64,000 nucleotides of DNA from Salinispira sp. (GCA_965602015.1 OZ271918.1:1472001-1536000); one strand, 5' to 3'. Counted from the stretch's first letter, positions 49,944-61,726 are shown. Notes: generated by a model not told the origin, from the sequence alone. Made by a program: numbers and translations.

Positions 49944-52022
49944 TTATCGTATCTGTCGTATGCGTTCATATAATTCGCCTATGCTTGCAGGCAGACCCGG
50001 ACGGGAAGACTGAGGGGTCTGATCTCCTGCATCGCTCTCGCCGGCGTCAGACTCCTCCTCCCCTGCGGGAATCAGAAAATCGCCCCGGCTGATCCGGTAG
50101 AAAAAGCCTTCATGGTCCATTCGCACCTGGCTGACGAGGAAGTCGGTAGCGGTGACAACCGCCCTGCCGATTATGTCCTCAGGGGAGTAATCGTACATGC
50201 TGTCCTCTGTATACAGCCGGAGGTCAGCCGGTTTCAGAATTAGCAACTCATCTCCATCTTCGATTCCGTCCTGGTACCCGATATTTATCAGTCCCCGCTC
50301 GAAATTTCGACGCATTAGCCGTGCCCTCAGTGGGAGCGAGTCAAGGATCTGGATGGAAATTTCCATTACCGCATCCTTTACCCGGGTCACGCCGCTGCGA
50401 ACTACTGCGTACTGCCGCAAGGGACGACCCGTACGACCCAGATGCAGGGTCGCCTGAATTTCAAGGGATTCTTCCCCTTCTTCAATCTGATACAGAATGT
50501 AATAGTCGAGAGAGTTTCTCCTTGCCTGTTCGAAGGCCCTCGAAGGAGATATCACTTCGACCACATCATATGACAGCTCGCCGATCCCGGCGGGTCGAAG
50601 AAATTCAATGCGACCACTAATAAAAAGCTGATCCATTACATGTTTTCCCAGCAAGTCTTCTGCATGACCATGAAGGGTTCTGGCGTCTTCGTCTATGGTA
50701 AAAAATCCCAGGCGGGTGAGTTCCCGTTCAATGAGAAACTGATCGACATCCCAGCGACTTGCGGCCGTATCCCGGAGAATATCCCGGTAGATTTCCAGAT
50801 CGTCCGATAACTGGCGATCATCGATCATTAGCTGGTCCTGAATAAACTGCAGTTCATTCACATATCGGGCGTACTCTCCCCGTTCACGAAGCAAGTCCGC
50901 AAAACCCCGCCGCCCGCTTTCGGACAGGGGCGCGAGGGTAAGGCCGCGGTACATGTGGTACAGGGCGGAGTCGAATCGGTTTCTTTCGATAAACTCCCCG
51001 GCGCGCTGGAAATGATATTCGGCGAAGCCGGCTCGCATGGGATTTTGAAGGTCGTCGACATAATAATCGAGGAGAATCTCCTCCAGCAGGAGACGGCTCA
51101 TTTCATCATCAGGATTACCCCTGAGTGCCCTGGACAGACTATTTATCGCCGCCCCGGACTCGCCGGTCTGATATTCCGCCAAGGCTTTTGTGTAATACAA
51201 AAGCTGAGGGTCTGCCAGACGGGTAAAATCCAGCTGGTTGAGCACTGCCAGGGATTCCCGGTACTCGCCCTGATCGGCGAGGATTCGGCTGAGTATTTCA
51301 AGTGCGGGATAATAGTCCTCATCGAGGTTCAGGGCGGTTATCGCATGAAACCGGGCGGTTTCATAGTCGCCCGAGAGGGCGTAAAATTCAGCGGCATGGA
51401 AGTGAACCCGGGGATTCAAACTGTCCGCTTCGATAGCCGCCTGAAGAAAGCGTTCAGCTCCGGCAAAATCACGCCTGTCCTGATAAATAAACGCGAGGGC
51501 CAGCAACACTCTCCGGTCACCGGGGTTTATGCTGTTACTGTCTTCGAAAAAGCTGCCGGCGGTAATGATATCGCCATCTGCCAGCGATAGCTCTCCCAAT
51601 CCGACCCGGGCCGAGTTATTAAACGGTTCGCTACGCAGTATATCCGTAAAAATGGCTTCTGCTTCCTCCAGACGGCCGAGGGTAATAAGGATGCGTCCGC
51701 ACAGGCTCCGGTTTCGACTGTCGTTGGGAGCGAGATTCAAAGCGCGGTTTATGTAGACCAGCGCCTCATCGTACTCATCGAGATAGTAAAAACCCCGGGC
51801 CACCTCCCGGTGGGCGTCTGAGTAATTTGGATTCAAAGAGATTGCGTCCTGAAACGAACGTATAGCTTCGAGCAAAAAATCCTGGTCAAAGAGGAGCAGA
51901 CCCCGCTCGTACGCGCGGATGGCAGTGCTGTTCTGGCTTTGCGAGCCGACAGGAGCCCCAGGCATGAGAATCAACAGCATGACGAGGATCAGTAAATAGG
52001 AAGAGGATTTAAAGACCATCAC
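49944..52022 (-). CDS. exported TPR protein with alpha/beta and beta C-terminal domains
   Basis: Signal peptide, 8 or more TPR units, INIGYQDGIEDGD C-terminal motif. Confidence 0.8.
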   Translation of the reverse strand: MMVFKSSSYLLILVMLLILMPGAPVGSQSQNSTAIRAYERGLLLFDQDFLLEAIRSFQDAISLNPNYSDAHREVARGFYYLDEYDEALVYINRALNLAPNDSRNRSLCGRILITLGRLEEAEAIFTDILRSEPFNNSARVGLGELSLADGDIITAGSFFEDSNSINPGDRRVLLALAFIYQDRRDFAGAERFLQAAIEADSLNPRVHFHAAEFYALSGDYETARFHAITALNLDEDYYPALEILSRILADQGEYRESLAVLNQLDFTRLADPQLLYYTKALAEYQTGESGAAINSLSRALRGNPDDEMSRLLLEEILLDYYVDDLQNPMRAGFAEYHFQRAGEFIERNRFDSALYHMYRGLTLAPLSESGRRGFADLLRERGEYARYVNELQFIQDQLMIDDRQLSDDLEIYRDILRDTAASRWDVDQFLIERELTRLGFFTIDEDARTLHGHAEDLLGKHVMDQLFISGRIEFLRPAGIGELSYDVVEVISPSRAFEQARRNSLDYYILYQIEEGEESLEIQATLHLGRTGRPLRQYAVVRSGVTRVKDAVMEISIQILDSLPLRARLMRRNFERGLINIGYQDGIEDGDELLILKPADLRLYTEDSMYDYSPEDIIGRAVVTATDFLVSQVRMDHEGFFYRISRGDFLIPAGEEESDAGESDAGDQTPQSSRPGLPASIGELYERIRQIR

Positions 52023-52798
52023 TCTCCTTCTTTGGCGGGTTTTATAAGCAGTTTGATGCTGCGAATTTTGTGACCGTCCATTTCCTGAATTATATAGGTA
52101 ATATTGCCCTGCTCAACCTTTTCGAATTTTACCGGTATTTTTCCGAAGAGGTCAAAAACAAAACCGCCGAGGGTATCAAAATCATCAATGGGAAGATTGA
52201 TCTGAATTTCCTCGTTGAGGTCGTCTATATTTACTCTGGCGTCGCAGAGATAGACCCCCTCCCCGATTTTTATGACGTCTTCGCGCTCATTGTCGAACTC
52301 ATCCTGGATGTCCCCGATTATTTCTTCAAGAATGTCTTCCATGCAGACAATACCGCTCATGCCGCCGTATTCATCGACAACAACGGCTATATGCACCCGA
52401 CGCCGTTTCATTTCCCGCAGCAGTGCGTCGAGTTTCATGCTTTCCGGTACAAAATACGCACTGCGGCTTAGGGACTTAATATCGAGACTGTTTTTTTGAG
52501 CGAGATTTATCAGCAAATCCTTGGCGTAGAGGATACCGGTGACGTTGTCTATGGTCTCCTGGTATACGGGAAACCGGGAATGCCCCGAATCAATTATCTT
52601 CTGATATAAATCCGCGGAGTTCATGTCGATCGAAAGGCTGACGACGTCGATGCGGGGAACCATGATCTCCTTCACATTGGTATCTGACAGCTCTACTACG
52701 CCGCGAATCATGTCGCGTTCTTCCAGGTTGAGAGACTTAAACGACGGTTCATCCTCATCTTCGGATGCCTTAAAAAACCGCGAAAGGAAGGATTTCAT
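52019..52798 (-). CDS. CorC/TlyC family CBS-domain protein
   Basis: EIMVPR, SGHSRFPVY, VVDEYGG..GIV.MEDILEEIIGDIQDEFD, DTLGGF. Confidence 0.92.
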   Translation of the reverse strand: MKSFLSRFFKASEDEDEPSFKSLNLEERDMIRGVVELSDTNVKEIMVPRIDVVSLSIDMNSADLYQKIIDSGHSRFPVYQETIDNVTGILYAKDLLINLAQKNSLDIKSLSRSAYFVPESMKLDALLREMKRRRVHIAVVVDEYGGMSGIVCMEDILEEIIGDIQDEFDNEREDVIKIGEGVYLCDARVNIDDLNEEIQINLPIDDFDTLGGFVFDLFGKIPVKFEKVEQGNITYIIQEMDGHKIRSIKLLIKPAKEGE

Positions 52799-52799
52799 G

Positions 52800-53306
52800 T
52801 TAATAGATGCTCTCCTTTTGTAGTTTTGACAAAATCAGCTCCTGAAGTGCAATCATTTCCTGTTCCAGGGAGTTATCGCTGTGATCCCATCCGCCGAGAT
52901 GAAGAATACCGTGAATAAGCAAGCGCTTCAATTCCTCCTCCTCGGGCACAGCGAAATAGCGTGCGTTTTCCCGGAGTGTATCGAGGGAAATGACAATGTC
53001 CCCGGCAAAAAACGTTCCCTGCTCGGGTAGTTGTGAGGGATCCTCGATTTGAGCAAAACTCAGCACATCGGTCGGGCTGTCTTTCCCGCGATAATCCCGA
53101 TTGAGGGACTGCATGTATTGGTCGCCGCAGAATACCACGGCGAGCTCCCAACGGGAATAGCGCAGTTCCTCAAGGACCCGGACAACGAATTTCTCAACAT
53201 TTCCCAACCAGACGGGAACGTCGATGCCCTGGGTCATAACCTCTATGTCATGGGAATTCTCATCGGGTTCTTCCCTTACGGGACCGGCTTCCGACTTAGC
53301 GCTCAT
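52800..53306 (-). CDS. ybeY: rRNA maturation factor YbeY
   Basis: LNRDYRGKDSPTDVLSF, GDIVIS, HGILHLGGWDH. Confidence 0.95.
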   Translation of the reverse strand: MSAKSEAGPVREEPDENSHDIEVMTQGIDVPVWLGNVEKFVVRVLEELRYSRWELAVVFCGDQYMQSLNRDYRGKDSPTDVLSFAQIEDPSQLPEQGTFFAGDIVISLDTLRENARYFAVPEEEELKRLLIHGILHLGGWDHSDNSLEQEMIALQELILSKLQKESIY

Positions 53307-53314
53307 TATTCACC

Positions 53315-54265
53315 TCATTCGTCCCGCTCATAGGCGGCGATTATCTTTTTTACGAGATGACTTCTGACCACGTCTTTGGCGGCAAAATAGCTGAAGTGAA
53401 TATCATCGACATCACGAAGGATTTTTGTCGCATGGATTAGACCTGAGCCGTTGTGTTTTGGCAGGTCGATTTGGGTGACGTCTCCGGTGATTACCGCCTT
53501 GCTGCCCTCGCCCAGTCTGGTGAGGAACATTTTCATCTGTTCCCGGGTAGTATTCTGAGCCTCGTCCAGGATGATATAGGCGTCGCGCAGACTTCGACCC
53601 CGCATATACGCAAGGGGGGCAATTTCTATAGTTCTATTCAGTTCGAGGCGATTGATAATCTCACCGGGAACCAGGGCGTCCATGGCGTCGTAGAGGGGTT
53701 TGAGGTAGGGATTGAGCTTTTGAGCCAAATCACCGGGCAGGAAACCCAAGCTCTCCCCGGCCTCTACAACGGGACGGGTGAGAATAAGTTTACGTTTTTT
53801 GTGATTCAGCACTTCCGACAGGGCGTGTGCCACCGCAAGATAGGTTTTTCCCGTCCCCGCAGGCCCGATACCGAATATCAGGTCCCGGGTATTCAGGGCA
53901 TCGAGAAACACGCTCTGATTATAGGAACGGGGAAAGACCTGAGAATATCCCTTGGGAATGGCAATTGAACGGGAGTGTAAATCCTTAATGCGCTCGGGAT
54001 TATCGCTGAGGGTGGTAAAAACCGAGTCGATGACAGATTTGACAATATCCTGGCCCCGCTTCCGATGCTGAACCAGTTCCTCCATGAGCGGGATAAAAAC
54101 CCCGCCGCGGTCAGCTTCGGCGTCGCGCATGGTAATCCGGTTGTTACCGGGAAACAGCGGCGTACCAAGAAGGCGCTCAATATAGAGAAGATTTTTGTCA
54201 TTGGGACCGCAGACTGCGGTAAAACTCTCGAGATCGGGGAATTCAAATGTGGTATCGCTGCTCAA
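53315..54265 (-). CDS. phoH: PhoH-like ATPase (YbeZ type)
   Basis: GPAGTGKTYLA, RPVVEAGESLGFLPG, APLAYMRGR, DEAQN, GDVTQIDLP. Confidence 0.95.
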   Translation of the reverse strand: MSSDTTFEFPDLESFTAVCGPNDKNLLYIERLLGTPLFPGNNRITMRDAEADRGGVFIPLMEELVQHRKRGQDIVKSVIDSVFTTLSDNPERIKDLHSRSIAIPKGYSQVFPRSYNQSVFLDALNTRDLIFGIGPAGTGKTYLAVAHALSEVLNHKKRKLILTRPVVEAGESLGFLPGDLAQKLNPYLKPLYDAMDALVPGEIINRLELNRTIEIAPLAYMRGRSLRDAYIILDEAQNTTREQMKMFLTRLGEGSKAVITGDVTQIDLPKHNGSGLIHATKILRDVDDIHFSYFAAKDVVRSHLVKKIIAAYERDE

Positions 54266-54318
54266 AACACCCTCTTAGAATCAGATAAATCCAGTGTACT
54301 TTCAGATCGCGCCGGTGG

Positions 54319-57300
54319 TCAATATTCCACAATAACTTCGTTTTCTCCGGAAATCGATGAAATATCGATCTCATTCTGCAATTCGGTAATAGGAAGCCAT
54401 TGGAGGAAAAACGAAAAGCGGTTTTCAAGTTGGTATTGGGACTGACCGTCGTTTCCCCGGATTACCCGCGGGAGCCACTGATATTCTGCTCTGGCCATCC
54501 AGTCACCCAGATCGTGCAGAACTTCCACCGAGTATGATTGAAGGTTAAAGAAACTGGTCAGGCGATCCTCACGGTTGAAGAAATTGATCGATCGCGCCAG
54601 ATCAATAAAAAGATTGCGATCGGGCAGTCCGAGTATTTCATTATATTCCGGGATGTATCGGAACATCTGGTTGTTGGAGCTCGCCGTTCGCAGGTTAACC
54701 TTGAGAAATCCCGGAATCAACAGCTCAACATTTGCCGAGCTGCTGAGCCGGCTCCGGGTGAATTCGATAAAATCCTGGCTCCAGTTGACCCCGACGGACC
54801 CCGTCAGGGAGGCTTGCCGGGAACGAACGAACTCCAGGGGAATATTGACTGCATGGGTCATCCTTGAGGGTGAAAACTCAGTTCCTTCGGTTTGAATCCA
54901 TGCGGTTCTCTCGGGGTTGAGCTCAAGGATGGTTCTGTCAGCCCACTCTATATCAAATCGATACGTAAACAGACCGAGACCAAAACTAATCTTTTCAAAC
55001 GAGGTGTTCTCAATGGAATACTCTGCGGCACTGTCGGCGTTGAGCCAATCAACTGGTTTGAGATCGAGCTTCCCGTTTACATCGCGAAATTCCACTTCCC
55101 CCTCATCATACAGAAGTCCTCCGCCCACATTGAGCATTATCCGGGGAATTCCTATAGCGTAGTTGGCATTTATCACCTGATCTCTCGGGGGCAGATCGTA
55201 GTTTATCGTCGCCCGGTGATTCAATTCAGGAAGACCCAATGGTGAGGAATAATTCAGCCCGAGGCGGTGGCTCGTAACGGTTTCCGGATCCCAGCCGATT
55301 TCCTGGAGCTCCCAGTCGCCATTCTCATCCCGGGTTGCGTTGAGGGCATTGAGATTGATCGTATGGGTCAAGCTCAGGCTTGCTTCGCCGTAGAGCCAGG
55401 TGAGGAGATTAAATGTCGCAGTCTGGTTGACCCTGACGGTCTGCCGTTCCTGATTCAGCGCGCTTGCCAAAAGACTCTCCCTCTCGGTATCCGAAATAAT
55501 TTCCGAAAATCCGCTGTTAACCCGAAAACTACCGGCATAGGTCCCCCGGGTCGTTAGGGAAAAGACACCTGAAAGAAGAGATAGCTGTTGATTTACATTC
55601 GCGCTTAAGGTGTCCTGAAAACTGTTGTATTTAACCAGGAGATTCTCAGACTCGCTGGGACCGTGGAAAATGTCCGTGTAGAAGTGACTGTTTGACAGAC
55701 TGTATCCCAGGCTGTAACTCGACGGAACCCGCCGTGACAAGCGGAGCGCCGGAGCCGGTACTGCGGGAGAGAACAGCGTTGTATTCTCCGCAACAGTAAC
55801 CGGCGGATTATCTCCATCGGCTTGTGACTCGGATTCACCCACCGGGCTGTCGGCCCCGTCCCCGGTCAAATCATCCGGCGGTAAGAACACCCCGGCTGCA
55901 GAATCTACAGGCTCGGCCTGCATCGCCTCGGCTGTAAAGGGCACGCGGAGAATTGTACCGGAAATGTTCACCGAACCCGAAGGGTATTGGAACTGACGTG
56001 CGGCATACACACTCCGCTCGGGGCTGTTTACCGCCTGCAGATTTGCCAGGCCGACAGCCGGATTGTCGACTATTTGCCAGTCGAAACTGCTGACGAAGTT
56101 GTTGAGGCGAATCGATGAAATCAAAGGCCTGAAAAACTCAGGCAGACTCGGAGAATACCCTGCCCGCAGATTCCAGGACATGCCCCGGCTCCCGTAGCTC
56201 AGTCCGGGCTGATCGCTTGACCCGCCCAGCAACACATCGGTCCAGGGCATCTGCTCGGAGCGCTCGGTGAACTCGGAATAAAAAAACGGATCTGAATATA
56301 TGGGAAGTCCAAGATCGATCCGCAGACTGTTGAGCGTCCAGCTGCCGTTAAGGTCAAGAAGAAAGCGAAAGGGAATCGGGTTGTCAAAAAGATACGATGA
56401 ATGCCAGAGGCTCACCAGCTGGCCCTGATCATCTACATAGCTCGAGGTAAAACTGTCCGCCCCTCCGGCTGAAAAAATCTCCCGGGTGAACCCCAAGGCG
56501 ACGGTGAAATCAAACCCGGGATTCACCTCAGGAAGTGCCGTGCCCTGTAAACCCAGGGACACACCTCTGATACTGTACAGATCTGCAATAACTTTGAGGG
56601 TCTCAAACGTAGAGCTGATCCAGGTATCCGGAGTTTCACTGTTGTCAGGTTGGAGAAAAATTCCCATGACCGACTGGCCTTCCGCCTGAACTTCGTCGGT
56701 CATTTGAAGAAAGGAGAACGGACTTTCGCTGCTTTCCCTGCGGCCGGCCAGGTAGCTTGTGCTGTTGAGACCATAGCCTCTGGCCCCGGAATAAATAAAC
56801 ACCGGATGAAAGATGACTTCATTTCCCGGCAGGTACATAAAGGGAAATGCAAAAAGCGGGATATTGCCCACAAAGAGCCGGGCTCCGTCCACTCCCCACT
56901 CTCCCGGCGACAGAATCCACAACTTCGTGAAATCGATGCGATAGTACGGCGACCCTGGGCTTCGGCCGGAGCTGATGCTGCCGTTATCCATAATTATTAC
57001 ATTATTCTGATTTCGGGTGATAAAGCTCGCCGAAAAGCGGTAGTCGGCAATTTCGCGGCCTCCCAGCTCCCGGTTTATCGAAGCCGCATCGCTGTCGCTG
57101 CTGTTTTCCGCCTGGCCGGATCCACTGACAAACAGGGTCTCGTTTTCATCGAGCAGGAAAAGCAGGCGCTCTCCGGAAAACCGGTCCTGCTGACCCTCTT
57201 CGCCTTCCATGCGGTAATCAACATTACCCTCGGCGCTGAGCTGGCGAAGCTGCTGATTGTAGATAATAAGATCAGCGGAAATAAAATGCCGGAGGGAAAA

Positions 57301-57639
57301 ATCCCTGTCGTCTACAGTGATGACGACGTCGCCCTGGAGTTCCAACTCGTCTCCGCTGTCCAGGCGCCGGTAGCCCGCGCTGTCGGCTTTTTGCACCTCG
57401 GCAAGGGTCTGTCCGGCGGCGGGGTTACCGGTGCTCTCCCGGGCAACGACTTCCGTAAGCTCGCCCAATCGGGCTTCGAGAACCAGCCGGTTTCCCCTGC
57501 TGTCCAGCCCGTATTGCCTGGCCAGTTCAACAAGCTCTTCATAGCTCAAGGAGTCCGGCTGGGCCCAGAGGTTTGCCAAACCGGAGAACAGGGACATTAA
57601 CAGAACAAGGCATTGGAGTCGGTGATATCGGCTGGACAT
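54319..57639 (-). CDS. lptD: LptD-like outer-membrane assembly protein (spirochaete type)
   Basis: Signal peptide; jellyroll motifs LELQGDV, ADLIIYN, AEGNV, LFVGNIPLF.FP; long beta-barrel-like C-terminus; adjacent to uvrA as recalled in other spirochaetes. Confidence 0.75.
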   Translation of the reverse strand: MSSRYHRLQCLVLLMSLFSGLANLWAQPDSLSYEELVELARQYGLDSRGNRLVLEARLGELTEVVARESTGNPAAGQTLAEVQKADSAGYRRLDSGDELELQGDVVITVDDRDFSLRHFISADLIIYNQQLRQLSAEGNVDYRMEGEEGQQDRFSGERLLFLLDENETLFVSGSGQAENSSDSDAASINRELGGREIADYRFSASFITRNQNNVIIMDNGSISSGRSPGSPYYRIDFTKLWILSPGEWGVDGARLFVGNIPLFAFPFMYLPGNEVIFHPVFIYSGARGYGLNSTSYLAGRRESSESPFSFLQMTDEVQAEGQSVMGIFLQPDNSETPDTWISSTFETLKVIADLYSIRGVSLGLQGTALPEVNPGFDFTVALGFTREIFSAGGADSFTSSYVDDQGQLVSLWHSSYLFDNPIPFRFLLDLNGSWTLNSLRIDLGLPIYSDPFFYSEFTERSEQMPWTDVLLGGSSDQPGLSYGSRGMSWNLRAGYSPSLPEFFRPLISSIRLNNFVSSFDWQIVDNPAVGLANLQAVNSPERSVYAARQFQYPSGSVNISGTILRVPFTAEAMQAEPVDSAAGVFLPPDDLTGDGADSPVGESESQADGDNPPVTVAENTTLFSPAVPAPALRLSRRVPSSYSLGYSLSNSHFYTDIFHGPSESENLLVKYNSFQDTLSANVNQQLSLLSGVFSLTTRGTYAGSFRVNSGFSEIISDTERESLLASALNQERQTVRVNQTATFNLLTWLYGEASLSLTHTINLNALNATRDENGDWELQEIGWDPETVTSHRLGLNYSSPLGLPELNHRATINYDLPPRDQVINANYAIGIPRIMLNVGGGLLYDEGEVEFRDVNGKLDLKPVDWLNADSAAEYSIENTSFEKISFGLGLFTYRFDIEWADRTILELNPERTAWIQTEGTEFSPSRMTHAVNIPLEFVRSRQASLTGSVGVNWSQDFIEFTRSRLSSSANVELLIPGFLKVNLRTASSNNQMFRYIPEYNEILGLPDRNLFIDLARSINFFNREDRLTSFFNLQSYSVEVLHDLGDWMARAEYQWLPRVIRGNDGQSQYQLENRFSFFLQWLPITELQNEIDISSISGENEVIVEY

Positions 57640-57711
57640 TACCAGGAGTATAGAGCAAAACCGGCTCATGAGGAACCGGAAGTTCTCAGAGCCGGTTACC
57701 GGACGGCGTAA

Positions 57712-60576
57712 CTAGGCTTCGGTCAATGCGGCCTTAATCATCTGGGCCGCAGGATGATGTTCGTAGTGCTCGCCGAGAAAACGCCCGGTGTGACTGCCCT
57801 GGCAGCTCATAACATCTTCCGGGGTACCCATTACCACAACATTGCCCCCGCGGTCGCCGCCTTCGGGACCGAGGTCGACAATCCAATCAGCCTGTGAAAT
57901 GACGTCGAGGTTATGTTCAATGAGGATCACCGTATTGCCCATATCCACAAGCCGTTGAATGACCATCATAAGCAGTTGAACATCGGCAAAATGAAGCCCG
58001 GTGGTGGGTTCGTCGAGGATGTACAGGGTTCTGCCCGTGCTCCGCTTGGAAAGCTCAAGAGAAAGCTTGACCCGTTGCGCCTCTCCTCCCGAGAGAGTGA
58101 GTGCGGACTGCCCCAGTTTCAAATAACCGAGGCCCACAGAGAGCAGGGTCTCCAGTTTGCGGTGTACCTTGGGTATCTTCTCAAAGAAGTCGGCGGCCTC
58201 CTCAATGGTCATGTCAAGGACTTCATAGATGTTCTTACCCTTGTACTGAATCTCCAGGGTTTCGGTATTAAAGCGTTTTCCCTTGCAGACTTCGCAGGTG
58301 ACGTATACGTCGGGCAGAAAGTGCATCTCGATTTTATTCGTTCCCGCTCCCTCGCAGTTTTCGCAACGGCCGCCTTTAACGTTGAAGCTGAATCTTCCGG
58401 GCTTGTATCCCCGGGCCCGGGCTTCAGGCAGCTGGGCGAATAGTTCGCGGATGGGAGTAAACAGACCAACGTAAGTGGCCGGGTTTGATCGCGGAGTCCG
58501 CCCGATGGGGCTTTGGTCAATGTTGATTATCTTGTCCAGGTTATCCAGGCCGAGCACTTCACGAGCCTTTCCTTCGGGATGATGACTGCGGTTCAATGAG
58601 TTGGATATCCGGGGGAAGAGGATATCCGACATCAGGGTACTCTTGCCTGAGCCCGAAACTCCGGTGATTACCGAAAAGGTTCCGATGGGAAACCGGACGT
58701 CGATATTTTTAAGGTTGTGCTCGCTGGCACCGAGAATCTCGATGAATCCGCCGTTTCCTTCCCGCCGCCCTTCCCGGGGAGTAAGGAAAATATCACCCCT
58801 GAGATATTGGGCTGTGAGGCTTTTTGTGTTTTTTATCACTTCATCGAGGGGACCTGCCACTACCACGTTTCCGCCGTGAACACCGGCACCGGGTCCGAGA
58901 TCGACGATATAATCGGCGGTACGCAGGGTTTGCTCATCGTGTTCAACTACCACAAGGGTATTGCCCAGGTCGCGAAGGTGAAGAAGGGTCTTAATAAGCC
59001 GCTCGTTGTCCCTCTGATGCAGGCCGATGCTCGGTTCATCCAGAACGTACAGTACGCCTACCAGCTGCGAACCGATTTGGGTGGCCAGGCGTATGCGTTG
59101 AGCCTCTCCCCCGGAAAGAGTGCCCGCCGTGCGGTTCAGGGAAAGATATTCCAGTCCGACGCTCTCCATAAAACTGAGCCGGTCAATAATCTCCTTGAGA
59201 ATCTGAGCGGCGATATCTTTCTGAGCGCCTTCAAGTGTGAGATTTCTAAAAAAGGCCAATGAGTCCCGAACGGACATTTCGCTCACATCGAAAATTCCGG
59301 TTCCACCGACCCTTACGGCAAGGGCTTCCGGCCTGAGGCGCTTGCCGTCGCAGTGGGGGCAGTGACTCATGGTCATAAAGCCCTCAAGCCACTCCCGAAC
59401 TCCCGACGAGGGGCTTTCCCGGTGCCTGCGTTCGAGTTCCTTTACAATGCCTTCGAATCGTCCCCGGTAATCATACTTACCCGTTCCCCGCTTGTTTACG
59501 TAATGAAATTCAAGCTCTTCTTTCGTGCCGTATAAAATTGCATCGAGGACCTTTTTGGGCAGGTCCTTGACCGGGGTATCGAGGGAAAAGTCAAAATGGT
59601 CCGCAAGGGCCTGGAACTTGCTTCTGGCCCAGTTCGCGTCGGGGTTGTAGGCGGGAAATCCCCGTTCATTGAACGAGAGGCTTGTATCCGGAATTATTTT
59701 CTCAGGATCGAACTCCATGGTTGTCCCAAGGCCTGCACAGGATGGGCAGGCACCAAAGGGGTTATTAAAGGAAAAAAGCCGGGGTTCAAGCTCGGGAAAG
59801 GAAACCGTTGAGTTGGGATAAAAATAATGTTCGCTGAATGACAGGACGGTTTCCGACTTACCGTGGGCAACGTACAGCTTTACCAAGCCTCCGGCCAGTT
59901 CAAGACCCTGCTCAATGGCCTCGGCAATACGGCTGCGGTTTTCCGCCTTATTAATAAGCCTGTCGATGACGATTTCTATGTCGTGCTTCTTTTTTTTATC
60001 CAGGATTATCTCATCGTCCAGCGACAGGACTTCATCGTTTATCCGTGCACGCACGTAGCCCGCTCTACGGGCGTCATCGAGAACCTTTTTGTGCTCACCT
60101 TTTCGTCCCCGAACAACAGGAGAAAGAATCATCAGTCTGGCATCCTCGGGCTGCTCGAGCACCTTTTCGATAATTTGGTCTACGCTCTGCTTCTCGATTT
60201 TTTCTCCGGTCTGGGGATCATGGGGAACGCCGATTCGGGCGTATAAAAGCCTGAGATAGTCGTATATCTCGGTGATGGTTCCCACGGTGGACCGGGGGTT
60301 TCGGTTGGTGGTCTTTTGCTCAATGGATATCGCCGGCGAAAGCCCTTCAATGTAGTCCACATCGGGCTTGTCCATGCGCCCGAGAAACTGGCGGGCATAA
60401 GCCGATAGCGACTCTACATAGCGCCGCTGACCTTCGGCAAAGATGGTATCAAAGGCAAGACTGGATTTGCCGCTTCCCGAAAGTCCGGAGATGACAATAA
60501 GGCGATCCCGGGGAAGCTCCAGGTCCACATTTTTAAGGTTGTGTACCCGGGCTCCCTTAATAATTATGTTGCTCAT
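57712..60576 (-). CDS. uvrA: excinuclease ABC subunit A
   Basis: [45 protein letters not shown], Zn-finger CxxC pairs. Confidence 0.98.
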   Translation of the reverse strand: MSNIIIKGARVHNLKNVDLELPRDRLIVISGLSGSGKSSLAFDTIFAEGQRRYVESLSAYARQFLGRMDKPDVDYIEGLSPAISIEQKTTNRNPRSTVGTITEIYDYLRLLYARIGVPHDPQTGEKIEKQSVDQIIEKVLEQPEDARLMILSPVVRGRKGEHKKVLDDARRAGYVRARINDEVLSLDDEIILDKKKKHDIEIVIDRLINKAENRSRIAEAIEQGLELAGGLVKLYVAHGKSETVLSFSEHYFYPNSTVSFPELEPRLFSFNNPFGACPSCAGLGTTMEFDPEKIIPDTSLSFNERGFPAYNPDANWARSKFQALADHFDFSLDTPVKDLPKKVLDAILYGTKEELEFHYVNKRGTGKYDYRGRFEGIVKELERRHRESPSSGVREWLEGFMTMSHCPHCDGKRLRPEALAVRVGGTGIFDVSEMSVRDSLAFFRNLTLEGAQKDIAAQILKEIIDRLSFMESVGLEYLSLNRTAGTLSGGEAQRIRLATQIGSQLVGVLYVLDEPSIGLHQRDNERLIKTLLHLRDLGNTLVVVEHDEQTLRTADYIVDLGPGAGVHGGNVVVAGPLDEVIKNTKSLTAQYLRGDIFLTPREGRREGNGGFIEILGASEHNLKNIDVRFPIGTFSVITGVSGSGKSTLMSDILFPRISNSLNRSHHPEGKAREVLGLDNLDKIINIDQSPIGRTPRSNPATYVGLFTPIRELFAQLPEARARGYKPGRFSFNVKGGRCENCEGAGTNKIEMHFLPDVYVTCEVCKGKRFNTETLEIQYKGKNIYEVLDMTIEEAADFFEKIPKVHRKLETLLSVGLGYLKLGQSALTLSGGEAQRVKLSLELSKRSTGRTLYILDEPTTGLHFADVQLLMMVIQRLVDMGNTVILIEHNLDVISQADWIVDLGPEGGDRGGNVVVMGTPEDVMSCQGSHTGRFLGEHYEHHPAAQMIKAALTEA

Positions 60577-60631
60577 AGCTGAGAACTTAACGCATCGGGA
60601 GCACGTAATTCAAGAAAAATCGCCGGGCACA

Positions 60632-61663
60632 TCAGGGCTGATTGTTGTTAACTTCGTCCCTGAACTGCCGGCTCCCATAGAGAATTTCTTCCCTTCGGGG
60701 ATTCCTTAGCATGGCCGCAGAGCGCAGCTCGTATGAGTGTTCAAAGGGGATCATTTGAACGGTACGCCATATACCGCTGTAGATTTGGGGAGCTGACTGA
60801 AAGCCGAAGGCGGCGGCTCCCAGGTAGTACAGCGCTTTGGGAAACATAGAATCCCTCAGATAGCTTACCCAATTGTTGTTTCTCTGAATCCTCTCGAAAA
60901 GGTCCGCGCTGCTTTGAAAGGCGTACAGGGGATCGTTCTCCCTGATTTTCTCAATAACCAGACTGTACATCTTGATTACCGCGAAGGTCAGATGCTCAAG
61001 AGCTTCATTGTACCGTCCGCTGTGTACATAGAATTCTCCCAAGAGAATATGGGCTCGAAGGCTGAAGCTGTCCTCCAGACGATAAAGAGTAATCATCCTA
61101 TCGAGACTGGTGGCGCCCGAGCGGCCAGGCGTTAAAAGCACTTCGCGAATGCTTCGCCTGAGATTCGCCTCAAAATCTTCGCTAGATGAAAATTGGCTAT
61201 CACGGGAAGTCACTTCGAGAAGAATCCGTTCGTAATCGAGAACCGAGCTGCCCTCCAAATTGTTCTGTTCATAGATATCCGCAAGGCGGTAAAGAATCAA
61301 GAACTCAAGGTCTGGACTACTGAGCAGAGCGCGGTTTTCCAGGGCCCGCTGGAGATGTTCCCTGGCCTGAAAAAAATCATTGCTGGCCGAATACGTCAGC
61401 GCAAGCTCAGTGAGGGTTTCGGGATTGTTGGGATCCTTTTCTAAAGAACGCGTCAACAGTAAAAATGCGTTAGTCAGGTCACGGTCCAGTCTGGAAGCTC
61501 TGCCCCAGCTCCTCAGTAGCCAGGCAGGCGCATCCTCTGCCACTTCAGCCAAATCCTCAGGCAGGCTTCCGGTGATCTCAGGCGCTGCATCCTGCCCCCA
61601 CACGTGCGGCATTACGGAGAAAACTACAAAGAGGAGAAACATGCACCGCGCAAATGCTTTCAT
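60632..61663 (-). CDS. exported TPR-like hypothetical protein
   Basis: Signal peptide from MKAFAR (61663), TPR-like helices. Confidence 0.7.
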   Translation of the reverse strand: MKAFARCMFLLFVVFSVMPHVWGQDAAPEITGSLPEDLAEVAEDAPAWLLRSWGRASRLDRDLTNAFLLLTRSLEKDPNNPETLTELALTYSASNDFFQAREHLQRALENRALLSSPDLEFLILYRLADIYEQNNLEGSSVLDYERILLEVTSRDSQFSSSEDFEANLRRSIREVLLTPGRSGATSLDRMITLYRLEDSFSLRAHILLGEFYVHSGRYNEALEHLTFAVIKMYSLVIEKIRENDPLYAFQSSADLFERIQRNNNWVSYLRDSMFPKALYYLGAAAFGFQSAPQIYSGIWRTVQMIPFEHSYELRSAAMLRNPRREEILYGSRQFRDEVNNNQP

Positions 61664-61726
61664 ACTCGGATTATCGAACAAAACGCGTCTATGGTGAAGG
61701 GTATTCTGCACCGGTGTTTGCAATAC

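Noticed and set aside
50020..50060. ESDAG-ESDAG duplication in the TPR protein tail
   Set aside because: Two degenerate copies in a disordered tail; not a repeat array.
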